64,000 nucleotides of DNA from Giardia intestinalis (lineage: Eukaryota). A program made the position numbers and the translations under genes. The notes below the pieces were generated by a model that saw only the letters and a program-made list of their open reading frames with translations, made no database searches and was not told where the DNA came from. The stretch lies in assembly GCA_000002435.2 (NCBI GenBank), contig CM018791.1. The stretch is one strand, 5' to 3'. Below are positions 1 through 9,509 of the stretch, piece by piece; positions within the stretch are counted from its first letter, which is position 1; the number at the start of each line of letters is the position of its first letter.

Positions 1-315
1 GCAATATCGGCGCCATGTTCGTGGGTATACGGAAAAGGACTTGATTTTGAGCAGGCATCCTATGGATGGCGCCTGTTTTGCGTGGCCTGTTTCTCAGTGC
101 ACCTTGTGGAGGGCCCCTTTGATTTCCAGGCTGCTGGGAGGCTTGAGAGGACATCCCGCCCCAAGAGTCACTGAAGGCATTCCCCATCTTTTTTTGCTAT
201 AAAGAGTAGACGGGCAAGATGTAGTAGGGTAAAAAAGAAAATGGGTAGGTGCAATAAGTAGTTGAGTAGGGAAAGACGCTTGTATTATCACGACCTTCTC
301 TGTTATGGTTAGAGG

Positions 316-1458
316 ATGACAGTAAAAATTATGCCTGCGGAAAAGCACAAGAAGTCTAAGGGAGAACGCAAGCCTGTCGATGATGTGGAGGCCTCTAACA
401 GTTGCTCCGAGGACAGCAGTGCAGAATTGTTCGAAGTTTTAGACCTCCTTGAGAGCAAGCAGCCCAAGGCCCGAGCAGCTGGCCTGGAGAGGTTCACACG
501 ACTCCTTATCGCCGATACAACAGTTGATTGGCTAAAGGACGACGCAGCCACTGCATGTGCAGCCATTCTGAAAGGACAGAAATATGCGCAGGGCGAGGAA
601 TATGTACGCTACCTGTCTATCCTTGTTAGGCTTGTACTGACCGATACAAGTGGATCGGTTGCTGATACTGTGTGTACTTCTCTTCCAGGCAACTTTATAA
701 GGACCTCAATTCTATCATGTCAGCCCGGTACTACAGCTGATAGCATAGTGGCGGTGACTGCTTTTTTGCTGTTTGGCTCATTTGAGGAATCATGTGTCTC
801 TGAAGGCATAGATACACTGGCTCTGGCTGCGCTGGAGCTCCCATTATCTGGAAACGAGCGGGCTCTGTCCAACGTGTACTGCTGTCTCGCTGCCCTTGTT
901 AGCTTAGAACCTGCGATGATTAGAGCTACCTGGCAGCTGGAGCGTTATACAAAGCGGCTCAGGGCACTCTTGGACTCCTGCAACGTTAGTGTTTCTGACG
1001 CCGTGGGTCAATTCATTCTCGTACTGGCCGAAGAGGATGGTTTTTATCGGTCCTTTTTGCCTCTCTTCAAGGAGTTGAAAGACCTACATGGAAAGGATAT
1101 AAGCAGAGACGTCTCAAAGGATATCCGTGCAATGTTTTCTGAGTACGCTGACGAACTAGCTTCAAGGTCTTTTGAACACAGAACCATTAAACTAAGGAAG
1201 TACGATGCATTAGAGATAAATAGCAGACAGCTCCAGGCGCGCTATGCCTTTATCCTTCTGGCCTTGGCAGGCTTTGATGACGTAGACCATATAATTTCTG
1301 GCAACGACACTGTCAGGGCCTTCCTGGGCCTCCCCAATGCCGAACTTAAGAACGTGAAGCAGAAGGGTAAGTACCTTGATGTAGTGTCTGATGAGGAACT
1401 ACGTAAGCAGCGTGCAATACGACAGCGTGAAAAAACTGAGCGGAAACAACGAAAATAG
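316..1458 (+). CDS. hypothetical protein (380 aa), helical, basic C-terminal tail
   Basis: Uninterrupted ATG-initiated ORF; AT-rich tract directly 5' of ATG; TGTAAAT motif ~8 nt after TAG stop; no recognisable catalytic motifs. Confidence 0.55.
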   Translation: MTVKIMPAEKHKKSKGERKPVDDVEASNSCSEDSSAELFEVLDLLESKQPKARAAGLERFTRLLIADTTVDWLKDDAATACAAILKGQKYAQGEEYVRYLSILVRLVLTDTSGSVADTVCTSLPGNFIRTSILSCQPGTTADSIVAVTAFLLFGSFEESCVSEGIDTLALAALELPLSGNERALSNVYCCLAALVSLEPAMIRATWQLERYTKRLRALLDSCNVSVSDAVGQFILVLAEEDGFYRSFLPLFKELKDLHGKDISRDVSKDIRAMFSEYADELASRSFEHRTIKLRKYDALEINSRQLQARYAFILLALAGFDDVDHIISGNDTVRAFLGLPNAELKNVKQKGKYLDVVSDEELRKQRAIRQREKTERKQRK

Positions 1459-1464
1459 GAATTG

Positions 1465-1471
1465 TGTAAAT
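1465..1471 (+). promoter_or_regulatory. putative polyadenylation signal (TGTAAAT, AGTRAAY-like) for upstream gene
   Basis: Motif lies a few nt downstream of stop at 1456-1458; same motif class recurs after other stops in window. Confidence 0.3.
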
Positions 1472-1499
1472 AACGAAAATAATATTTAAAAGAACCATA

Positions 1500-2789
1500 A
1501 TGTATACTTTGTTGGTGTTCATACTGTCGAATCCTCTGCATATCCTATTAAAAGCACGCTCTTACACAGGAACCTTTTCGGCATGCACTAAGGACAATGC
1601 AGTTGTTCGTAGATTGCAATCTAACGATCTGTTTCTGCTGTTGGCTAATCCAATTAAAGTGGCCGCAGAGGACAACCTACCACAATCTGTTGACTTAAGG
1701 GAGTACGGCCTTATGACTCCTGTCAGAAACCAGGGTAAGTGCGGCTCGTGCTGGGCGTTTGCAACCGTTGCAGCCTTCGAGGCGTGTGCCCTGTATGATG
1801 GCGTCCTTTACCCTTACGGAAGTCCACTTGGCAGACACACAGACCTCCTGCACATCTCTGAGGAGTTTGAAATCTTGAGCTCCACGTCCAATAACCTCTG
1901 CTCAAGTGGCAACGTGGTGCGATTGATTAATGACCACCTGACGGGAGTAATTCCCACTGTAGAATTGGAGGAAAACTTTCCTTACAGTTTGAGTGACAAT
2001 ACTGAAAGCGAGCCCCCCGCACACCCCCTGCAGCCTGCGATTCCACCCGAGGAGTATGTGCTTCCAATTTATTCTGAGACAAAGCTAGGGCATAAAGCAG
2101 GGGTCATAGTGCTTTACAACAGAGACAATCCCTATAATGACTCAATTGCACAGCTGGTGAAAACGTATCTGTCACTGGGGGTTCCTGTGATGGCTACGAT
2201 TAACACGTGGGCTAATGGAAGGAAAGGTCACCGGTTAATTAAGCGTTATCGCGGTGGCATTTTGAGCGCACCGTGCCGTAATACAAGCCTGGATCACGAG
2301 GTGCTCATTGTTGGATATGGACGGTATCGAGGTACTGCCGTTTGGATAGTTCGCAATTCTTGGGGAGCTGACTGGGGAGTCTATGGGTATGCATATGTGG
2401 CCCAGGGCGGTGACAGCTACTGCTTGGAGCACAGTGCCATTGCTGTTCTTCCCCGGACACTCGATCCGACCGCCAAGTACGCATCCTTCTCTACGCATCC
2501 ACCTCCGTCTCCGCTCCTCCGGCCGATATATGAGGGCACTATTGTACGCTGTGAAAACGGGCTCGATGCTGATCCACCGGAGGGTTGCAGCCCATTCACT
2601 AGGGGCAGCTCGCCCGCGCTCGGGGCCAGCATCGCCCTCATACTCACAACCATAGCAGCTATAGGGAAATTTACTCACCAGCCCAGCCCCTTAATCAACC
2701 TTCGTCGTCATGATCGCGTCGAAAATGCGAGTGTCAGGAACAAGGTCACTGAAGCAATAATCACCGAAGTGCTCGGAATTATCGGATAA
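1500..2789 (+). CDS. papain-family (C1A) cysteine peptidase, cathepsin-like, with ~110-aa C-terminal extension ending in a hydrophobic segment
   Basis: Catalytic Cys box NQGKCGSCWAFATVAAFEA; His region LDHEVLIVGYG; Asn region NSWGADWG; N-terminal hydrophobic signal-like segment; C-terminal SSPALGASIALILTTIAAIG hydrophobic stretch. Confidence 0.85.
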   Translation: MYTLLVFILSNPLHILLKARSYTGTFSACTKDNAVVRRLQSNDLFLLLANPIKVAAEDNLPQSVDLREYGLMTPVRNQGKCGSCWAFATVAAFEACALYDGVLYPYGSPLGRHTDLLHISEEFEILSSTSNNLCSSGNVVRLINDHLTGVIPTVELEENFPYSLSDNTESEPPAHPLQPAIPPEEYVLPIYSETKLGHKAGVIVLYNRDNPYNDSIAQLVKTYLSLGVPVMATINTWANGRKGHRLIKRYRGGILSAPCRNTSLDHEVLIVGYGRYRGTAVWIVRNSWGADWGVYGYAYVAQGGDSYCLEHSAIAVLPRTLDPTAKYASFSTHPPPSPLLRPIYEGTIVRCENGLDADPPEGCSPFTRGSSPALGASIALILTTIAAIGKFTHQPSPLINLRRHDRVENASVRNKVTEAIITEVLGIIG

Positions 2790-3626
2790 GACAGTCATTA
2801 TCTCGGCGAGATTCTTCTGCATCATCATCTGGTTGAAGCGGCGCTCCTCCGAATTCTTCTTGAGGATGGGGAGATACTTCGCCACGCTCTCTGCGAAGGA
2901 CTTGATCTTCTCGTTCATGCCACTGATGACGTGCTTCTTCTGAAGCTTTATGTTTCTCTCGGATGCGTCGAAGGACTCCTTGAAATTGCTGACCTCCTGG
3001 TTAAGCCTGTTGGCAGCTTGGGCGAACTCCCTCTCTATGATTGCCTCGAGCGAATTAATCTCCGTCTGGAGCCCGTGGCGAAGGGCGTCGAGCTTTGACT
3101 GGCCCGCGCGGATCCTGGAGTGGACCTCAGAGCGGAACGTGGACTTATACTGCTTTGTCTTGCCCACAAAGTCTGCATTCTCCGCGTCGAACGCCTTGAG
3201 CCTCTGCTCCATCGAGAAGACCTCGTCGATGAGGGGGCGGAGGGATGCGTTCAGGTGGGACACCAGCTCGGCGCGGCGGGCAGCGAACTGCTTGGCGACT
3301 TCGGACCTCAAGTCGGTAGACTCCAGCTCGCGGATGTTCTTTGTGGACAGAATGTCATTCTTGAGGTTGTTGAGGGTGATCATTATCTCGGAGGAGTCAG
3401 CGTGGCTGAACTTCGGCCTGAAGTCGTTCACCATGTGGTCCTGGAACATCTTAGAATTGAACATAAGGTCGTCAACCTTGTTCTCGGATATTAGGGATAG
3501 AGTCATGTACCCAGGGTCTTCCACCGCATTGGTGAGCCTCAGCGAGTCGCGGATGGTCGTAGGAGCGTCTTTAACTGCGAACTTGTGGTCCGAATAGGAG
3601 CTGACGGTCGAGAACGATGACTTCAT
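2691..3626 (-). CDS. coiled-coil cytoskeletal-type protein, possibly SF-assemblin/giardin-like
   Basis: ATG-initiated 311-aa ORF; ~100-aa S/T-rich non-helical head followed by ~200 aa of heptad-like charged coiled coil; its 3' end overlaps the convergent protease gene by ~99 bp. Confidence 0.45.
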   Translation of the reverse strand: MKSSFSTVSSYSDHKFAVKDAPTTIRDSLRLTNAVEDPGYMTLSLISENKVDDLMFNSKMFQDHMVNDFRPKFSHADSSEIMITLNNLKNDILSTKNIRELESTDLRSEVAKQFAARRAELVSHLNASLRPLIDEVFSMEQRLKAFDAENADFVGKTKQYKSTFRSEVHSRIRAGQSKLDALRHGLQTEINSLEAIIEREFAQAANRLNQEVSNFKESFDASERNIKLQKKHVISGMNEKIKSFAESVAKYLPILKKNSEERRFNQMMMQKNLAEIMTVLSDNSEHFGDYCFSDLVPDTRIFDAIMTTKVD

Positions 3627-3867
3627 TTTCTTGTTTTAGGGTTAGTTTTTTAGAAAAGGCGCAAAATTCCGCGCGGAAACCGCACGAAGACCACAGGCGC
3701 ACACGTCGTGTAACGACAAAGTTCGTTGCGCATTCGCCTCTGAACACACTCTCCAGTTCTTATTGTAGCAGAGGCCACTTCGCCGTTCCACCCCAACAAA
3801 TTCACGGATTTCTTATTCACAAACACAGGAATCTGAGTAAAGCCACGGATCGTCATTCACAAACAGG

Positions 3868-6800
3868 TCAGACATACGCTCGAAGGCATTTGATCACCTC
3901 CTGATTACCGGTCTGGCTGGCGATATCCATCACGCTTGTTCCGTCCGGAAGAGAAACACCAATTTCATGATCTGCCAGGATCTTGACGCAGTCCACAAGG
4001 CCTCTACAAACGGCGATCATCAGAGCTGTCTCCCCATTTTGACGCTGGATACACTTTTCCGTCTCGACAAGAAGACGCACGCACTCTGTGTGTCCCCTCT
4101 CGGTCGCATACATGAGAGCTGTTGTGCCATCGTTTTTACGCATGCGTGACTCGCGATTCATAAGAGACCCAACGATGTCAGCGTATCCTGCGTCAGCAGC
4201 ACACATTAGGGCAGTCTTTCCGTCTGGCCTGCGGGAGCCGCCCTCTGAATCTATAAGCACTTTCACAACATCATAGGCCCCCAGAGCAGCAGCTTTCATC
4301 ATTGCCGTCTCCTCATGAAGGTCGCGCATGCATGCCTCGTCCTTTAAGAGGGTGTTGGCTATGTCTGGCCTGTTGTTCGCCGCCGCAATCATCAGAGCAG
4401 TGAGTCCTGCTTTGGTCTGGAACTTGCACTCACGCTCCAGTAGCAGATTTGTAATCTGTGCAAAACCCATTTTGGCGGATATCATTAGCGCAGTCCACTC
4501 ATCGTTATTCTTCAATCCTGCCTCGTACTCCAGGAGCTCCTGTACTACAGAAGCACGGCCTGCCTTGCACGCATAGATGAGCGCCGTGTTTCCAAAATCG
4601 TCGCGCAAGCGAGCCTCACGAGGCATGAGAGTCCTCACAATGTCGACCCAACCGCACTCTGCGGCAATCATAAGCGCTGTAACTCCCTTGCCCGTGACCA
4701 TTCTGGCTTCGTGGGTGTACAGCTGCACTACAGAGTTGGTGTTGCCCTTGTGCGCCGCATACATCAGGGCAGTCATCCCAGCGGAGTCTTGTGTCTTGGA
4801 TTCTTTGTCCAAAAGTAGCTGTATGGCGTCGAAATTGTCAAAGTATGCGGCTAGCATGAGGGCCGTGACGCCCCTGTCGTTGGCAATACGACACTGCGTT
4901 GGCAAGTACTTCTGGACGAGTCGCATATCGTCACGAATCACTGCTTTCATAAGGGGTGTCGTACCATCTGGATCGGTAATATGCATGTTTTCATCTTCTG
5001 GGGTTATCCTGGAATCATATGCAGCACGAAATTGAGCTATCTGACCTGGAAAATTAGGGAAGTATGTAGAATTGAGTATCTTGGACGATGTTATACCCTC
5101 AGCTTGACCTGGATATAACGTGGATTGAATACCCTGTCCTATGTTTATCATCTTTGCCGTACGGGTCTGCACGGGCACCCCCGGGAATCGGCCCTGCTCA
5201 TTCTTCTGAGCTATAACATGGTCGAGCTGCTCGACTGTCGAATCTATCTGATCAGAGCGAAACAGACTATTGTCCCTGTTATTGGCTCTAAAACTGGAAT
5301 CCTTGCCGTCATATGCTTCGGTGTCTCCAACGACTTTCGATAAACTGGATCGGTTTCCTGAAGTATTACCACCAGACTGTCTGCGGCGATATGCCAATTC
5401 GTCGCGGTACATCCCGGTTATATCGGTGTCTGCTGCGCCTTGCGCGTCGTTCGTAGCACGCACACTACCATCGTTCTGATTGTAAATTGGGGACGTGTCA
5501 TCGATGGAATTGTCATAATTATGCGAGGCGGAGTTCATTTCCAGAAGGTTTCTAAAACTTGGAGAGAGGCCATTATTAATCGACGTGTTTCCAGGAAGCT
5601 CTGCTCCTGTACGCATGCTATCCACACGGCTACTTATGATCCGGGTTGCCTCACGACTATATGTAGGTGCAGCATATAACGTGGTGGCAACCGCAGCCCC
5701 GGGTGTGAGACTGCTTCTAGTGACGGGTTCATTTCGCACGCCCGGGACATTGCTGTGTGAACTTATAAGATCGTCAACGCTGAGACTATACATGCCAACA
5801 TTATCGGTCATGTAAGCAGCCCGCTCGCGGTTGTCAGCGGAGTTGGCATCTAAGTTTTGCTGAATGCGCATACTCATCTGGCTTGCATTCATCCCAGTCC
5901 CAGTATCCTCTGCAGCATTCTTAAACTTCCTCTCTGTGGGGCCCACTTGACTAGCTCGGAAAGATTCACGCCACTTCTGCGCAAATGACCCCGAGTCCTC
6001 CTGGTACCTGTCACGATTCTCAGGTGCCATTTGTTTGTATCCAAATTCAGTCATAATGTTGACCACAGGTTCTAGTCCGCAGATATAAGTAACAGACGCC
6101 CTGGAGCGTGGATCAATACAGAGCATTCTTCTAATGAGATCAGCAAACTCGCGGCTATATCCTGGCAATCGCAGATTGGGAAGCACTGCCTGTACTTGAG
6201 TCCGCGCATCCTCCGCTGTAGGGTTTTTGACAAAAGCCTGAAGGGTTGCTAATTCGTACGTGATGCAGCCAAGCGACCAGATATCAGATCTCTCCGATGG
6301 GTTGGCGCCCTCAAATACCTCTGGAGCCGTATACACGGACTTTGCTGACGCCTTCGCCATATACCCAGGATCCAAAATGTGTTCAATCCTACTAGTGTCA
6401 ATCTTATAAACGCCATCCTTGGTCACTAAAACACTAGCCGGTGTAAGAGTGCGGTAGTGATTTGGAGTCGAGGGGAGCATCCCCGGGCGCACTCCAGTGT
6501 GGTAGTACTTCAGGGCCTCTGCGAGCTCCCCAATGATCCGGATGATGGTTCCTTCGCCTATTTGCTCGCGGGACTTCCAATACGCATCAATCATGTAGCG
6601 CAGATTGTTATGGGAGTTAAGCTCCGTAACGACGTAAACCTTCTGCACTTCCTGGTCATAGATGATCTCCATGACACGCAGCATATATGGATGAACAATA
6701 GAAAGAAGCTCCTTGATAGAGGCGTGGTCAAATCCGTTGTAGCCGCTGTCAAGGTGCCTAACTGAATACTCGCGGCAGGAGAATGGTAGTCCGTCATTTT

Positions 6801-6888
6801 TACGCTCTACAGAGTACCACGTGCTCTCACTACCCTCCTCAATGGCGTGTCGAACCGTGTAGCGATTGGCGAAGGCAATGCGCAACAT
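3868..6888 (-). CDS. NEK-type kinase-like domain (probable pseudokinase) + S/N-rich linker + ~12 C-terminal ankyrin repeats
   Basis: N-terminal domain retains the APE (TAPEVF) and DIWSLGC subdomain motifs, but lacks the GxGxxG loop, has HYRTLTPAS in place of HRDLKPxN and DTS in place of DFG. C-terminus has repeated G.TALM.AA...G ankyrin units. Confidence 0.8.
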   Translation of the reverse strand: MLRIAFANRYTVRHAIEEGSESTWYSVERKNDGLPFSCREYSVRHLDSGYNGFDHASIKELLSIVHPYMLRVMEIIYDQEVQKVYVVTELNSHNNLRYMIDAYWKSREQIGEGTIIRIIGELAEALKYYHTGVRPGMLPSTPNHYRTLTPASVLVTKDGVYKIDTSRIEHILDPGYMAKASAKSVYTAPEVFEGANPSERSDIWSLGCITYELATLQAFVKNPTAEDARTQVQAVLPNLRLPGYSREFADLIRRMLCIDPRSRASVTYICGLEPVVNIMTEFGYKQMAPENRDRYQEDSGSFAQKWRESFRASQVGPTERKFKNAAEDTGTGMNASQMSMRIQQNLDANSADNRERAAYMTDNVGMYSLSVDDLISSHSNVPGVRNEPVTRSSLTPGAAVATTLYAAPTYSREATRIISSRVDSMRTGAELPGNTSINNGLSPSFRNLLEMNSASHNYDNSIDDTSPIYNQNDGSVRATNDAQGAADTDITGMYRDELAYRRRQSGGNTSGNRSSLSKVVGDTEAYDGKDSSFRANNRDNSLFRSDQIDSTVEQLDHVIAQKNEQGRFPGVPVQTRTAKMINIGQGIQSTLYPGQAEGITSSKILNSTYFPNFPGQIAQFRAAYDSRITPEDENMHITDPDGTTPLMKAVIRDDMRLVQKYLPTQCRIANDRGVTALMLAAYFDNFDAIQLLLDKESKTQDSAGMTALMYAAHKGNTNSVVQLYTHEARMVTGKGVTALMIAAECGWVDIVRTLMPREARLRDDFGNTALIYACKAGRASVVQELLEYEAGLKNNDEWTALMISAKMGFAQITNLLLERECKFQTKAGLTALMIAAANNRPDIANTLLKDEACMRDLHEETAMMKAAALGAYDVVKVLIDSEGGSRRPDGKTALMCAADAGYADIVGSLMNRESRMRKNDGTTALMYATERGHTECVRLLVETEKCIQRQNGETALMIAVCRGLVDCVKILADHEIGVSLPDGTSVMDIASQTGNQEVIKCLRAYV

Positions 6889-6972
6889 TTTTCTTTACGA
6901 CATTAATTGCGTGTAAAGATGTCTAAAGGTGTAAAGCGTGATGGATCTTCTGCCGGTAACCCATTAGATGGT

Positions 6973-9426
6973 CTATGCACTTATGGTAAGGTCGTTATCG
7001 TGATGCTCTAGGGTAACTTGTAAATGATTGGCTTCGGCTGCATCGCACGCCTGAAGAAGCGATGTGAAACGACAAGTATGTTGTGCAGTAGAAGAAGGGG
7101 CTTCGAAAAACGTAGCTAGAGCTGAAGAGTATCCCTCAGTAAGCCGCGCCCTAAGGGTTTTTGTACAAGTCTTGCGCACTTCCTCCAACTGTTTTGCCGT
7201 ACTATTTCCCCGACCAACGCCGTGTTCCTTTACCATACACCCATCATCTTGCTGTAAGCATTTAAGAATCTCTGGTACCATGTACATTATAGCAAGGGCG
7301 TCTGAAACAAGGGAGTGTTGTGCCTGAGTGGTTGTCTCAGGAAGATCACTGCTAATGCTATCAAGAAATGTGACGCTTTGGCTATCTTCGTGTTCTTCTT
7401 TATTGGTAACTATCGTGGAAGAAGATCCTGTCTCAGTTACACTAGTAACAGACAGTACAGATGAAGCACCGCTCCTGATACCAGTCTGCTTGGCCTCTGG
7501 CTCTCTTTCTGCAAAGCCAGTTGCTGATTTCTCTAAGGATACCGCGCTAAGCCTACGATCTTCCTGACCACGTGCATAACTAACTGCCTGGTCATATACT
7601 GCCTGTAATGATGTTAGAAGAATTTGTACACATGTGCTGTCCTTCTCAGCTGACTTAGCCACTCTTTCTGCGCTAGTGGATTGCTGATTAACTATTGTGT
7701 CCGCCTTAAACATCAGAGGCTCAACGAAGGTTCTATTGTTCATGTATAAATGTGCGTAGCGCCTCTGTATCTTGTCTACACAAACAAGCTCTATAGATAT
7801 CAGCTCAAAGCTATTGCAAATAGATGCAAGAAGTCCTTGCTCCTCAGCTGTGTGTTGCAAAGGATCCCTAGCTAATTTAAAGAGTATGGTAAATGCAAAC
7901 TGAGCATAGATTGTTGGAAGACTTATATCCTTTGCGAGCATGTTGGTCGAAAGGATAGCATCTTTGATCGCAGCTTCAGAAAGGCCCTTGCAGCGAATAT
8001 TAGCTAGGACCGTTTGATTCTGTTGGTCACCCATGGCGAAGCATTCTTCGCTTTCCTCTAGATCGATGTCGAGTAGGCTTCTGACAATGTCTTTAAGGAC
8101 ATTTAGGAAAGAAGGATCATTACTTTCGATACTATGAGCCCTTGGTGATGAGTGCAAACTTCCTTCCAGAGAGATGTGATTGTGATAATAACGCAAGTAA
8201 GCTATCAGTGAATGGAAGCTGTAGGATCCTGCAGGTGGTTGCATTACTGAGCGAAGAGAGGCCAGACTGGCGACAATACTTTCAATAGAATGACCATTTG
8301 AATACAGCTCCCTACAGTGCTTCTGGAGATCGATAATACATGGCATAATTCGTTTGCACAATAAAGAAGCAGCATGATTGGTGACAGCTTCAATCTCGCT
8401 ATTTATTGACGTATTAATGCATTCAGCAATCTTTGTATAATCATGTTCGCTTTTCGATATGCGGTATTTTTCTGTTACAATATCAATTGATTTGGCCCCT
8501 ATGTGGTAGAAACTTCCAGAGAGTAGATTGTATCTATTCAGATGGCAATACCGCAGTGGCGGACTGTCAAGACACTTCCGCTGCAGTGGAAGAGTCAGTA
8601 AGTAGAAATTTCGATCCTCCTGTCGCACGTTGAGAAGGTTTCCCTTCCTGCTTTGTCTATGCGGAGAGCCGGGCATAAGAAGCGTGAACGTCTCCCCGTC
8701 GCGAGGAGGCGTCTCGTCGTGCTCGTGCCCTATGTACACAAAGTCTATGCGCTCTTCCGGGGCATGCGTATGATTCCACTGGTCGACGAATGAAAGGCTG
8801 ATCTTGTCTCTTCCAACCTGGTCTGAATAGTCTTGGTGAAGAACCAGGAAGGTGTATCGTGCATGCCTGCGTCCTCCTTTAGCGCCTCTCCCCACCGCTT
8901 CGTCCTCCAGAGCTGAGCGAGCGGCCGGGGCAAAGGAAATCTCGGGTGCCACATCTCTCTGCCACGCTTTGTGGTAATCCAGTCCGTACACGACGAGCTC
9001 TACGCCGCCAACTACCTGGCAGAGAGGATGGAGCGTAAGGCTTTTGCCGGCCTGAGTGTGCCCCAAGAGGCTCACCGCCCCGGCCGCCTCCAGGAGGCCC
9101 AAAATCTTATCGTTGTTGTCGTGGTTGCCGTAGATGAGGGCCATGGGTATCGAGTCGCCGTCGCTGTGGTCTGCAAAGGACGAGACCCCGTATCGTCTCA
9201 GTGCACAGATTGCCTTGATGACCTTCTTGCTGGACAGCCTGTTCTGGTTGAAGAAGTCTCCGGCGTGCAGGATAGCATGCGCGCCCAGCTTGCGGGCCAG
9301 ACAGAGGCACTCCTCAAGAAGCAGGTAGTTTTCGTGGGCATTGCAGGGGCGTGCAGACGGGGCAGTGAACCCGAGGTGTGTATCCGTGAATAGCGCGATC
9401 CTTGCGCCCGAGCTGTCTGCAGACAT
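6973..9426 (-). CDS. MRE11: Mre11 double-strand-break repair nuclease homolog
   Basis: Calcineurin-like phosphoesterase motifs in Mre11 order: IALFTDTHLG (I), HAGDFFNQNRLS (II), YGNHDNND (III), LVLHQD (IV), YIGHEHDE (V). Long divergent C-terminal half. ORF-track start at 9480 is GTG; first in-frame ATG is at 9426. Confidence 0.8.
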   Translation of the reverse strand: MSADSSGARIALFTDTHLGFTAPSARPCNAHENYLLLEECLCLARKLGAHAILHAGDFFNQNRLSSKKVIKAICALRRYGVSSFADHSDGDSIPMALIYGNHDNNDKILGLLEAAGAVSLLGHTQAGKSLTLHPLCQVVGGVELVVYGLDYHKAWQRDVAPEISFAPAARSALEDEAVGRGAKGGRRHARYTFLVLHQDYSDQVGRDKISLSFVDQWNHTHAPEERIDFVYIGHEHDETPPRDGETFTLLMPGSPHRQSRKGNLLNVRQEDRNFYLLTLPLQRKCLDSPPLRYCHLNRYNLLSGSFYHIGAKSIDIVTEKYRISKSEHDYTKIAECINTSINSEIEAVTNHAASLLCKRIMPCIIDLQKHCRELYSNGHSIESIVASLASLRSVMQPPAGSYSFHSLIAYLRYYHNHISLEGSLHSSPRAHSIESNDPSFLNVLKDIVRSLLDIDLEESEECFAMGDQQNQTVLANIRCKGLSEAAIKDAILSTNMLAKDISLPTIYAQFAFTILFKLARDPLQHTAEEQGLLASICNSFELISIELVCVDKIQRRYAHLYMNNRTFVEPLMFKADTIVNQQSTSAERVAKSAEKDSTCVQILLTSLQAVYDQAVSYARGQEDRRLSAVSLEKSATGFAEREPEAKQTGIRSGASSVLSVTSVTETGSSSTIVTNKEEHEDSQSVTFLDSISSDLPETTTQAQHSLVSDALAIMYMVPEILKCLQQDDGCMVKEHGVGRGNSTAKQLEEVRKTCTKTLRARLTEGYSSALATFFEAPSSTAQHTCRFTSLLQACDAAEANHLQVTLEHHDNDLTISA

Positions 9427-9509
9427 CTTCCAGAACACCAGGATGCAATCAGAAAAAGATAGTGATTTTACAATGCACACGGAGGCCTCCCACAGGGGTC
9501 TACGCGTGG

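Noticed and set aside
9480-9480. ORF-track start codons at 9480 (GTG), 13272 (TTG), 23092 (TTG), 30155 (GTG), 60386 (TTG)
   Set aside because: Non-ATG initiation is not expected in this eukaryote; starts were moved to the first in-frame ATG (9426, 13278, 23065, 30173, and 60257/60317).
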